Below are positions 1 to 8,671 of a DNA stretch of 64,000 nt, piece by piece (the first letter of the stretch is position 1; the number at the start of each line of letters is the position of its first letter). This DNA comes from Nitrospirota bacterium (GTDB taxonomy: Bacteria > Nitrospirota > UBA9217), in assembly GCA_035516965.1 (NCBI GenBank), contig DATIZR010000093.1:43255-107254 (forward strand), given 5' to 3'. Below the pieces are notes generated by a model. The model was not told the DNA's origin. It did no database searches and worked only from the letters and a program-made list of their open reading frames with translations. Position numbers and translations under genes: made by a program.

Positions 1-702
1 CTGGACAGCCTGAAACAGCCGCCCAGCCGTGCCCATCTGCTCGGGACCGACGGCAAGGGCCGGGACATCCTCTCCCGGATTGCCGCGGGATCCCGAATCT
101 CCCTCGCCATCGGCATCATTGCCTCGGTGTCGTCCCTGGCCATCGGCATCGTTTTCGGATTGATCTCCGGCTATTTCAGCGGAAAGATCGATGCGGTCCT
201 GTCGCAGGTGTTCGATGTCTTTCTCGCATTTCCAAGCCTCCTCCTCGCGATCGGCATCAGTGCCGTCATCCCCCCCGGCCTCTTTTCCGCGATGCTCGCG
301 ATCACCCTCGTCGGCTGGGCGGGCTTTGCACGCCTGGTCCGCGGCATCACACTGTCCTTGAAAGAGCAGACGTATGTGGAAGCATCGAGGGCCCTCGGTG
401 CGGGTCCGGCCCGGATCCTTTCCCGGCACATCCTGCCGAACGCCCTTCCCCTGCTGCTGGTGGCAGGCAGCCTTCGCATAGGCGGATTCATCCTGCTTGA
501 AGCGTCGCTTTCGTTCCTGGGTCTTGGCGTGCAACCGCCGACCCCCACGTGGGGATCCATGATCAGCCTCAACCGGGCCTACATCAATTCGGCCCCCTGG
601 ATGGTCCTCTTTCCCGGTCTTGCCATCAGCGTCACGGTCATCAGCTTCAACATACTGGGAGACTTCCTGCGCGACAAGCTCGATCCAAGGCTACAGGTGT
701 AA
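1..702 (+). CDS. ABC transporter permease, DppC/OppC (BPD_transp_1) family, 5-prime partial (gene starts upstream of window)
   Basis: Frame 1 is open from nt 1. The translation has multiple TM helices and the conserved permease signature region (ITLSLKEQTYVEASRALGAGPARILSRHILPNALPLL) typical of dipeptide/oligopeptide permease C-terminal domains. Confidence 0.8.
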   Translation: MDSLKQPPSRAHLLGTDGKGRDILSRIAAGSRISLAIGIIASVSSLAIGIVFGLISGYFSGKIDAVLSQVFDVFLAFPSLLLAIGISAVIPPGLFSAMLAITLVGWAGFARLVRGITLSLKEQTYVEASRALGAGPARILSRHILPNALPLLLVAGSLRIGGFILLEASLSFLGLGVQPPTPTWGSMISLNRAYINSAPWMVLFPGLAISVTVISFNILGDFLRDKLDPRLQV

Positions 703-877
703 TACTGGCACGGCGGAAGGTCTCGGATGAGCGGATCAGAAGCAACGGGGAGGCACATCGAACGCATTTCCTGTTATGCGCCGGCATTGTATTTCCTCGC
801 GGTAAATAAGGTTCTCGCTTCTCATCCGTGGCTATTGATATCTGAATCCATGACCATACCGTGTCCAGCTTCCAAAT

Positions 878-1669
878 ATGACCACTCACATCCGCGCAAA
901 AAAGTCACTTGGCCAGAACTTCCTGCGTGATCCCCACTATCTCGGAAAGATCGTCAGTGCCGCGCATGTCGGGCCGGAGGACGGGATCATCGAAATAGGC
1001 CCGGGTCTTGGCCATCTGACCAGAGAGCTGGCCGCGATCGCCCGGAAGGTCGTCGCCCTCGAGCTCGATGAACGGCTGGTTCCCGGTCTGCGACAGGAGT
1101 TCAGGGACGCCCCTCATGTCGAGATCGTCCAGGCCGACGCGCTCGAGTTTGGTTATGAATCGCTTCCCGGCAGATGGAAGGTCGTTGCCAACCTTCCTTA
1201 TTATATTTCCACGGCCCTCATCCAGCAAATGCTTGCGAATCGCATGAAGTTCACGAGCCTCACCCTGATGCTGCAAAAGGAGGTTGCCGAGCGGATTGCG
1301 GCTCCTCCGGGAGGCAAGGAGTACGGGTTCCTTTCCGTGCTGGTTCAGCTCTATGCCGAACCCCGGATCGAATTTCTGGTGCCGCCGGGCGCTTTCACGC
1401 CGAAGCCGGACGTCGATTCTGCCGTCATTACCCTTGCCGTGCGAGACCGTCCTGCTGCAGCCGTGCGGGACGAGGCTTTTCTGGTCCGCGTGATCAAAGC
1501 AGCATTTTCCCAGCGGCGCAAGACGCTGCGGAACGCGCTCAAACCCCTCGGGATTCCCGTTGAAAAGATGGACCGCGTGATTGAAAAAACAGGGATAGAC
1601 CTCGGACGGCGCGCGGAGACCCTGACGGTAGTGGAATTCGGGCGGCTTGCCGATTTTCTCCTCCCCTGA
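878..1669 (+). CDS. rsmA: 16S rRNA (adenine1518/1519-N6)-dimethyltransferase RsmA/KsgA
   Basis: N-terminus KKSLGQNFLRDPHYLGKIV, SAM-binding IIEIGPGLGHLT, NLPYYIST motif; 263 aa, typical KsgA length. Confidence 0.9.
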   Translation: MTTHIRAKKSLGQNFLRDPHYLGKIVSAAHVGPEDGIIEIGPGLGHLTRELAAIARKVVALELDERLVPGLRQEFRDAPHVEIVQADALEFGYESLPGRWKVVANLPYYISTALIQQMLANRMKFTSLTLMLQKEVAERIAAPPGGKEYGFLSVLVQLYAEPRIEFLVPPGAFTPKPDVDSAVITLAVRDRPAAAVRDEAFLVRVIKAAFSQRRKTLRNALKPLGIPVEKMDRVIEKTGIDLGRRAETLTVVEFGRLADFLLP

Positions 1670-1770
1670 TATCCCGCATTCCCGATCAGCTCCTTTTTCT
1701 GAAAACCCATCGCTCACCTGCAAAGGGCCCGCACGAAGAGGCGCAGCGTCCTTGACTTCCCGTTTTTGCC

Positions 1771-1798
1771 TTGACATTTGCACCTCTTGCCCTATAAT
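1771..1798 (+). promoter_or_regulatory. sigma70-type promoter (TTGACA - 16 nt - TATAAT) upstream of gmhA
   Basis: ttgaca at 1771-1776 and tataat at 1793-1798, read directly from sequence. Confidence 0.6.
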
Positions 1799-1827
1799 AA
1801 ATGTCTGTTTTTTTGGAGACGAAACAC

Positions 1828-2406
1828 ATGAAGGAAACCATCGTCAGAATTTTCGAAGAGAGCGCAGAGGTCAAGGTCAGGTTCGCCAGGGAGAACGCCG
1901 ACAAGATCGTCGAAGTCGTCCAGCTCATCGCGCAGGCATTCCGGGAAGGCAGAAAAGTGCTCATCTTCGGCAACGGCGGAAGCGCCACGGACGCCTCGCA
2001 TATCGCTGCCGAGTTCGTGAATCGCTTTCTGATGGAGCGCCCCCCCCTGCCGGCGATCGCGCTCAATACCGATGTCGCGATCCTCACCAGCATCAGCAAC
2101 GACTATGATTTCACGCAGGTCTTCTCGAAGCAGCTGGCGGCGCTCGGCCATGAGGGAGATGTCGTGATCGGCATCAGCACGAGCGGCAATTCGGCGAATG
2201 TCATGAAGGCTGTCGAGGTCGCAAAGAAGAACAGGATGAAGACCGTCATTCTGACCGGGGGCTCGGGAGGCAAGCTTGCCGGCATGGCGGACTACACCTT
2301 CACGGTGCCCACCAAGCACACGCCGCGGATCCAGGAAACGCACATCACCCTCGGCCACACCATCTGCCAGATGGTGGATGAGGAGCTCTTCGGCAATTCC
2401 CATTGA
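1828..2406 (+). CDS. gmhA: D-sedoheptulose-7-phosphate isomerase (phosphoheptose isomerase), SIS domain
   Basis: SIS-domain signature (KVLIFGNGGSATDASHIAAEF, VVIGISTSGNSANV, TVILTGGSGGKLA). ORF track starts at 1801 but that ATG lies within or just after the -10 box. ATG at 1828 is preceded by GGAGACG RBS and is the likelier start. Confidence 0.85.
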   Translation: MKETIVRIFEESAEVKVRFARENADKIVEVVQLIAQAFREGRKVLIFGNGGSATDASHIAAEFVNRFLMERPPLPAIALNTDVAILTSISNDYDFTQVFSKQLAALGHEGDVVIGISTSGNSANVMKAVEVAKKNRMKTVILTGGSGGKLAGMADYTFTVPTKHTPRIQETHITLGHTICQMVDEELFGNSH

Positions 2407-2412
2407 CCAGCC

Positions 2413-3342
2413 ATGAAAAAGATTGACACCTCGAAAATCAGGACGTACTCGCTGAAAAGCCGGGAGAGCAAGGTGAGGATCGGCGACTTTGCAAAACCCG
2501 CTGCCAAGGCGGGCTCCTTTCATGATTTCTTTTCCTCCCTTCCGGATATCCTCGCGGCAAAACAGTTCAAGAGCGTAGTCGCTGCCATCGTCCAGGCCCG
2601 CAGGGACGGCCGCCCTGTCATGCTCGGCATGGGTGCTCATTCGATTAAGGTAGGTCTCAATCCGGTTCTCATCGATCTGATGGAGCGAAAGATCGTCACC
2701 AGTCTTTCCCTGAACGGAGCGGGCATCATCCATGATTTCGAGCTTGCCTATGTCGGCCAGACATCGGAGGATGTGGACAAGGAAATCCTGTCCGGCGCAT
2801 TCGGTATGGCCGAGGAGACCGGCCTCATGATCAATCAGGCGGTCCAATCGGCGGCCGAGGGCGAAGGAATCGGCTCGGCGGTCGGCAGGATGATCGAGCA
2901 GGGAGAATTTCCGAACAAGCGGATGAGCCTGCTCGCAGCGGGCTTCCGCCTGGGGGTTCCCATCACCGTTCATGTCGCCATCGGCACCGACATCATTCAC
3001 ATGCACCCGTCCTTCGACGGCAGGGCAACGGGTGCCGCTGCACAGAGCGATTTTCTGGCATTCTGCGCCCTTGTTTCCGAGCTCGAGGGCGGCGTTTACA
3101 TCAATCTCGGCTCTGCGGTGCTTTTACCGGAGATATTCCTGAAGGCGGTTACGCTGTGCAGGAACCTTGGAAAGACTTTGCAGCATTTTACGACCGTCAA
3201 CATGGACTTTGTGCAGCACTACCGGCCGCATACGAACGTCGTTCGCCGTCCTACCCAAGGCGGCGGGAACGGCTACGCATTGACGGGTCACCATGAGATC
3301 ATGCTCCCCCTCCTCGCCGCGGCCGTCATCGACCAGCTCTGA
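2413..3342 (+). CDS. deoxyhypusine synthase-like family protein
   Basis: 309 aa. Pattern GMGAHSIKVGLNPVLIDLMERKIVTSLSLNGAGIIHDFE resembles the NAD-binding core of the deoxyhypusine/homospermidine synthase family. Assignment from memory of family motifs only. Confidence 0.45.
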   Translation: MKKIDTSKIRTYSLKSRESKVRIGDFAKPAAKAGSFHDFFSSLPDILAAKQFKSVVAAIVQARRDGRPVMLGMGAHSIKVGLNPVLIDLMERKIVTSLSLNGAGIIHDFELAYVGQTSEDVDKEILSGAFGMAEETGLMINQAVQSAAEGEGIGSAVGRMIEQGEFPNKRMSLLAAGFRLGVPITVHVAIGTDIIHMHPSFDGRATGAAAQSDFLAFCALVSELEGGVYINLGSAVLLPEIFLKAVTLCRNLGKTLQHFTTVNMDFVQHYRPHTNVVRRPTQGGGNGYALTGHHEIMLPLLAAAVIDQL

Positions 3343-3893
3343 CCCCCTGGCCGCTCTCTTTTTGCATCAAACACCTCACTTCTTTGTACTCCCTGCTCTC
3401 TTTTATCCGCTCCTGTTCCTCGACCCCTCTCGTCAGCAGCCAACAATCAAAGGACACGGAGATCGACGGGCAGACGATCGTGCGTCCAGAAACCGACGGG
3501 ACCAACTCTCTGTTTTTTCGAGACTTGTCATGAATCCTTCGAAAAATGCGCTCACTTTTCGACAGCGGCCAAAACGTTCACTCTGGAACTGACCGATTAT
3601 ACAGGATAAACACCATGGCAGGAATATTGCAACCTATTGTGTATGATCACTGAGCTTCAGTCCTGCCATACTGGCAGGCTTGGAGTTTCCGGTGTTCTTC
3701 CCCCCTTGACGCCTGTGCGCTCCTGCTGCCGAAAGGGCACCAACACGGCTCTGGTGCGTACAGGCGCCCCTCCTTCCTTCGATGACCGAAGTCTTCCGGC
3801 AGTGCCTTGATTTCGCACCGGGACGTCGGTAGCCAGTCCGTGGGGTCGAAATACATTTACAAGCTCACCCGTTTTTATGTATGATATGACGAC

Positions 3894-4223
3894 ATGCAGA
3901 ACATTCCTCTCAATAAGGCAAAGCCCGGCATGGTCGTGGCCCGGGAGATCAAAGGCTCCGATGATCCGGCGAGTATGACCATCTGCGGGAAGGGTGTCAC
4001 GCTCTCGGAGTCCCTGATCAGCCGTCTCCAGCAGATGGGCATTCAGGCGGTCACCGTCGAAGGTCATCCGGTCCGGGTCGATGGAGAAGCGACGCTCGAG
4101 GAGATGCTGACTGCCCTTGATCAGCGCTTCAGGCACCTGGAGGATGATGTCCTCATGATGAAGATCAAAGAGATATACCGAAGACAGATACTGAGGAGCA
4201 TGGGGGAACCCGATGGGCGATAA
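3894..4223 (+). CDS. small DUF3391-like protein (domain usually found N-terminal to HD-GYP/HDOD proteins)
   Basis: IPLNKAKPGMVVAREI...LISRLQQMGIQAVTVE matches the DUF3391 pattern (L-x-PGM-hydrophobic ... L-x-x-L-G-I-x-x-V). 11-nt overlap with the downstream HDOD gene. Confidence 0.45.
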   Translation: MQNIPLNKAKPGMVVAREIKGSDDPASMTICGKGVTLSESLISRLQQMGIQAVTVEGHPVRVDGEATLEEMLTALDQRFRHLEDDVLMMKIKEIYRRQILRSMGEPDGR

Positions 4224-5076
4224 GCAGGTCGATTTCAGCCAGATCATCAGGGATACACGCTCCCTGCCCGCGCTGCCGGGGATCATTGCCAAGCTTGGCT
4301 CCCTGGCCGAGAACAACAAGACGTCGGTCCACGAGATGGCCCGGGTAGTCTCTTCTGACCAGGTCCTGTCCGCCAAGGTTCTGCGCCTGGTCAACTCCGC
4401 CTTCTACGGCTTTTCCGGCCGCATCTCGACCGTCTCGAACGCCCTGATCCTGCTCGGCGTAAACGTGGTCAAGAGCCTTGCCATCAGCAGCTCGATCTTC
4501 GAGATCATGGAAAAGAATGTCGTCGGCCTGTGGGAGCATTCCATGGGCGTCGCGGTGGCTGCAAACTCGATCACGAAGCGGCTGAAGCTGCCCGAACCCG
4601 AAGAAACGTCAACGGCCGCCCTCCTGCACGACATCGGCAAGGTGATCATCAAGATCAAGCTCGAGAACGAGTATACTGCCCTCACCTCTCTGATCGACCG
4701 GAAGGGCATCTCGATGCAGGCTGCGGAGCAGGAGATGCTCAATACCGACCACGCCAGGATCGGGGAATGGCTCGCCAGGACATGGCTCCTCCCGGAGAAG
4801 TTGATCGAACCCATCGCCTTTCACCATGACGTGGCAAAGTCAACGACCCAGCAGACAAAAACGGCGGTCGTCCACGTCGCCGATGTCCTGATCAAGGCGT
4901 CCGGCTTCGGGTTCAGTGGAGACGCACTCGTGCCCCGTATCCAGCCGGCCGCTTGGGACCGGCTCGGGATGAGCGAACAGGTGCTGGAATCCCTCGTGGA
5001 AGAGATCGAGGACAAGCTCGTCGAAGTTAAAAATTTCAGCCTCGAGATACAGACCGCCGATGAGCCAAAAGCGTAG
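4213..5076 (+). CDS. HDOD domain-containing signalling protein
   Basis: HDOD signature (LPALPGIIAKL, VLRLVNSAFYGFSGRISTVSNALILLG, WEHSMGVAVAA, LLHDIGKVII, FHHD). Confidence 0.85.
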   Translation: MGDKQVDFSQIIRDTRSLPALPGIIAKLGSLAENNKTSVHEMARVVSSDQVLSAKVLRLVNSAFYGFSGRISTVSNALILLGVNVVKSLAISSSIFEIMEKNVVGLWEHSMGVAVAANSITKRLKLPEPEETSTAALLHDIGKVIIKIKLENEYTALTSLIDRKGISMQAAEQEMLNTDHARIGEWLARTWLLPEKLIEPIAFHHDVAKSTTQQTKTAVVHVADVLIKASGFGFSGDALVPRIQPAAWDRLGMSEQVLESLVEEIEDKLVEVKNFSLEIQTADEPKA

Positions 5077-5983
5077 GATAGCGCTTCTTTCCCGCGATCC
5101 CGCGGTGCAGGACCGGTTGCGGCTGCGGCTCCAGAGCAGGGGGTACCAGGTCGTCGTTCTGCCGGAGCCGGCCCAGGTGCTGGGGTTCATCTATTCCGAT
5201 CCTCCCGATATCATGCTCGCCGACCTCTCGACGCCCGACCCGGCCTTTCAACAGATACTGCTGCAACTAAAGCGGGACAGCTACTTCAGTCTGATCCCGG
5301 TCATCGGCCTGATCAATGAGTCTGCAGTTGAGCGGATGGACTGGGAGCAGTATCCACTGGACGACTTTCTGACCCTTCCCGTCAACTATCCGGAGCTGTT
5401 CAGCCGGATCCTGCTCTCGTTCCAGCGGCTTCAACGCGTTCTTGACAACAACCCGCTCACCAAACTGCCGGGCAACACGTCGATCCACCAGGCGATCGAG
5501 CGAGCGCTCGGGTCTTCCCAGGCCGTCTGCTACGTCGACATCAACAATTTCAAGCCCTACAACGATACCTACGGCTTTTCCCGCGGCGATGAGGTGATCC
5601 GGATGGTTGCCCGGGTCATGTCGAACACCGTAAAGGAATCCATGGACAACGGATTCGTGGGTCATATCGGCGGCGACGATTTCGTTTTTATCGTGCCGCT
5701 GGAGAATGCCGAGCCGGTCTGCAAGACGATAATAGCCAACTTCAATGTCATCCTGTCCGACCTGTTCGGCGAGGAGGAAAAGTCCCGGGGATACTACCTT
5801 GCGAAGGATCGAAAGGGAGAGGTACAGAAGATCCCGCTCATCGGCATATCGATAGCGGTCGTGCCGACCAATAACTCCGCCATTCAGCATGCCGGCAAGA
5901 TCGCCGAAGTCGCCGCCGAGCTCAAGAAGCTTGCGAAAAAATCTCAGGAAAGCTGCTATGTGATCGATCGCCGGAAGACATAA
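5060..5983 (+). CDS. REC-like + degenerate GGDEF (GGDDF) domain protein, probably non-catalytic c-di-GMP-related regulator
   Basis: N-terminal receiver-like fold with weak acidic pocket. C-terminal GGDEF fold (YVDINNFKPYNDTYGFSRGDEVIRMVA, GHIGGDDFVFIV) with the signature motif altered to GGDDF. Confidence 0.7.
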   Translation: MSQKRRIALLSRDPAVQDRLRLRLQSRGYQVVVLPEPAQVLGFIYSDPPDIMLADLSTPDPAFQQILLQLKRDSYFSLIPVIGLINESAVERMDWEQYPLDDFLTLPVNYPELFSRILLSFQRLQRVLDNNPLTKLPGNTSIHQAIERALGSSQAVCYVDINNFKPYNDTYGFSRGDEVIRMVARVMSNTVKESMDNGFVGHIGGDDFVFIVPLENAEPVCKTIIANFNVILSDLFGEEEKSRGYYLAKDRKGEVQKIPLIGISIAVVPTNNSAIQHAGKIAEVAAELKKLAKKSQESCYVIDRRKT

Positions 5984-6679
5984 CCACAGCTGATAGCCTC
6001 CCTACGTCGTCACTCATACTGAACATGATACTAATATCGCAGACAGGAGAAACCTTCTGCGTTTTCACTTTTTGTTCACCGTGAAAATCACGTCATGAAA
6101 CCTTCTCATACCCTTTGACATCACCATTATCTATGCCCCTGCCTTCCCTCTATACGAGCGGCTTTATCGTCATAAATAAAAATACAGATCGAACTAATAT
6201 TTTATAACTACTTTTATCACCTGTAGGTTAAAACTTATGCCGCTCATCATATAATATTATGCAACAATATGCTGTCAATTTTTTCTATTAAGGCGCTTGA
6301 CAGATTCAAAGGAAGGGATTATCCTAACCAAAACTCAAACCAATTATTATTGGATTGGTTGGCGTAATCACGCTCCCGCTCTCTCAGCCGGCAAGAAGGA
6401 ACCTGGACCCGGATCCCATGAACTGAATTCATTAACAGGCCTCGAAAGGAGGCGAGTAGACTGAGTGCGAGGTTACTGAGGCTACTACTTATAGATTATA
6501 AATTATTATAGAAGAACCATGGCGTTCTTCTTTCAGGAGATGTGTACTGAACTTACCGGCTAACAATTAACCCGTAGTCCGGAGCAGGCTGAAGCAGGTG
6601 AAATCAACGAGCGGACGTGAGACGTAACGTACTGACTGAATATTTCTGACGGGCTGGATAACTCAAAAGGAGAATAATC

Positions 6680-7732
6680 ATGGAGCACGCGGGAACGTAC
6701 CGGGGGGAAGAAGTCAGAAGTGGCAGCGCGTTTGTCGAAGAAAGAGCAAAGAGATACGCAGAACTTCTTGGCGCAAAAACTGTGCAATATGTCGATCAGC
6801 TTAGAGACTTTGAGGTCAAATGTTCTCGGCCGGGCGCGGATGAGGAAATACTGTTCGAAGAACTTTCCACGCTGAACGACTCGATGCTCCAAGCCTGCGC
6901 ACAATTTGAACAGGACGTGGACGACACGTTCGCCATTCGGTCTGCTCAGGTCGATTTCCGGGAAAAAACAAATCCAATTCTGTCCCAAAGCTATGGTATC
7001 AACCGGGCCAGGATATGGCCGCAAGGTCATCAGGGAGATTATAACATACTGGAAATGGCGTACAAGAACTCACCGATGTCCGACGGCATGGGATATTATC
7101 TGGACAAGTACATGATGTCCACGGAAATTACAGTCGGCGTGAGAGAACGGATCGTAAAACTGCGGGAACTGCTGAGAAAAGAGCTCATAAACAGGCGCGA
7201 GACGAAGGTCCTCGACGTGGCTTGCGGTTCCTGCCGCGAGGTTTTCGAATTAGCCCCTGAGATCAAAGCTTCTGGCGCCAAGTTCACCTGTGTTGATCTG
7301 GATGCCGATGCTCTGAATTTCGCTCTCGATCGATTCGAGCATGCGGGCCTCTCGGAAGATCACGTGGAATTACGAAAATACAATGCGCTCAGGATATTCG
7401 ACTACGAGACGGCGGTTACTGAATTCGGGATGCAGGATATTATCTACAGTGTAGGCTATTTTGATTATCTCCCCGACGATTTCCTCGTGAAATTGTTGAG
7501 ATCCTTGTATAAGATGCTCACGCCTGGCGGAAAACTGATCGCGGCCTTTAAAGAAGTCAATCGTTACCGTCCGCAGTTTTTCCATTGGATGGTCAACTGG
7601 GATGGCTTCCTGCAGCGCACCGAGGATGATTTCGAAAGATTGCTGCGTCTTGCCAATATCCCCGAAAGCGCGATATCAATATCCCGGGTTGCGTCAGGCG
7701 TAATAATCTTCTATACCGTCACCAAGGAGTGA
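6680..7732 (+). CDS. class I SAM-dependent methyltransferase with about 180-aa N-terminal extension of unknown function
   Basis: Motif I VLDVACGSCREVFEL, motif post-I VDLDADAL, TPGGKLIAAF. Strong RBS aaaggagaataatcATG. Lower GC than flanks. Confidence 0.75.
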   Translation: MEHAGTYRGEEVRSGSAFVEERAKRYAELLGAKTVQYVDQLRDFEVKCSRPGADEEILFEELSTLNDSMLQACAQFEQDVDDTFAIRSAQVDFREKTNPILSQSYGINRARIWPQGHQGDYNILEMAYKNSPMSDGMGYYLDKYMMSTEITVGVRERIVKLRELLRKELINRRETKVLDVACGSCREVFELAPEIKASGAKFTCVDLDADALNFALDRFEHAGLSEDHVELRKYNALRIFDYETAVTEFGMQDIIYSVGYFDYLPDDFLVKLLRSLYKMLTPGGKLIAAFKEVNRYRPQFFHWMVNWDGFLQRTEDDFERLLRLANIPESAISISRVASGVIIFYTVTKE

Positions 7733-7936
7733 TGCACTCACGGCAGAGATGCCGGATGTCGTCGTACGCAGAAAGAAACTCCTCCCTTGAGTGAGTAAGT
7801 ATTGGCTTGCCCATCCGCACTGAAGCAAGGTTTTGACATTGTAAAGACGCGGGAAACATGGTATAAATGACAGGCTAGGCCAAACCATCCACTCTTTCGG
7901 GAGAAAAGCCTGAAGAAAAATTCGCTTCTCAATAAG

Positions 7937-8662
7937 GTGGCGCTTGTAACGGGTGGGACAAGGGGCATCGGCCGCGCCATCGTTCTTGCTGTGTGCGGCG
8001 AAGGTGCAGATTGCGCATTTACGTACAGCAAAAATCGTGCAACGGCAGAGTCTCTTGCTGAAGAAGTTCGCCAAATTGGCAGAAAAGCTCTGTCCTTTCA
8101 ACTTGATGTGCGGGACTTTGACGGCGCTAAAACGCTGATCGAAGAGATAAAGAAGGAATTCGGAAGGCTCGACATCCTCGTGAACAACGCGGGGATAACA
8201 AAGGACAAGTCCCTCATGATGATGAACAAGGAGGACTGGTCCGACGTAATAGACACCAATCTTACCGGAGTTTTCAACACTACCCGCGCGTGCATCATTA
8301 CCTTTCTTAAGCAAAAAAACGGAAACATCGTGAACATGTCATCGGTAAGCGGCATCCACCCTCTCCCCGGCCAAGTCAATTACGCCGCCGCAAAGGCAGG
8401 TGTGATCGGCTTTACCAAATCTCTGGCAAAAGAGGTGGCGCCCTACAACATCAGGGTCAATGCCGTTGCCCCCGGTTTCATTGAAACCGAGATGACGGCG
8501 GAGCTTGGCGATAAATCCTGGAAAAAATTCGTGAACATGATCCCGCTCCACAGATTCGGGACCTCCGATGAAGTGGCGAAGGCCGTACTCTTTTTACTCA
8601 GTGACGAATCGCAGTACATCACCGGGCAAGTACTGCAACTCGATGGGGGATTGGGGATTTAA
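7937..8662 (+). CDS. fabG: 3-oxoacyl-ACP reductase (SDR family, FabG-like), GTG start
   Basis: TGGTRGIGRAI Rossmann motif, NNAGI, catalytic S...YAAAKAG (YxxxK), PGFIETEMT. Confidence 0.85.
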   Translation: MALVTGGTRGIGRAIVLAVCGEGADCAFTYSKNRATAESLAEEVRQIGRKALSFQLDVRDFDGAKTLIEEIKKEFGRLDILVNNAGITKDKSLMMMNKEDWSDVIDTNLTGVFNTTRACIITFLKQKNGNIVNMSSVSGIHPLPGQVNYAAAKAGVIGFTKSLAKEVAPYNIRVNAVAPGFIETEMTAELGDKSWKKFVNMIPLHRFGTSDEVAKAVLFLLSDESQYITGQVLQLDGGLGI

Positions 8663-8671
8663 AATCCGGAA

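Noticed and set aside
1792-3006. 404-aa minus-strand ORF antisense to gmhA and the deoxyhypusine-synthase-like gene
   Set aside because: Arg/Gly/Asp-rich low-complexity translation typical of antisense frames in GC-rich DNA. The opposite strand has clear domain-bearing genes.
3657-4394. 245-aa minus-strand ORF
   Set aside because: Overlaps the DUF3391-like and HDOD genes on the other strand. Junk-like composition, no motifs.
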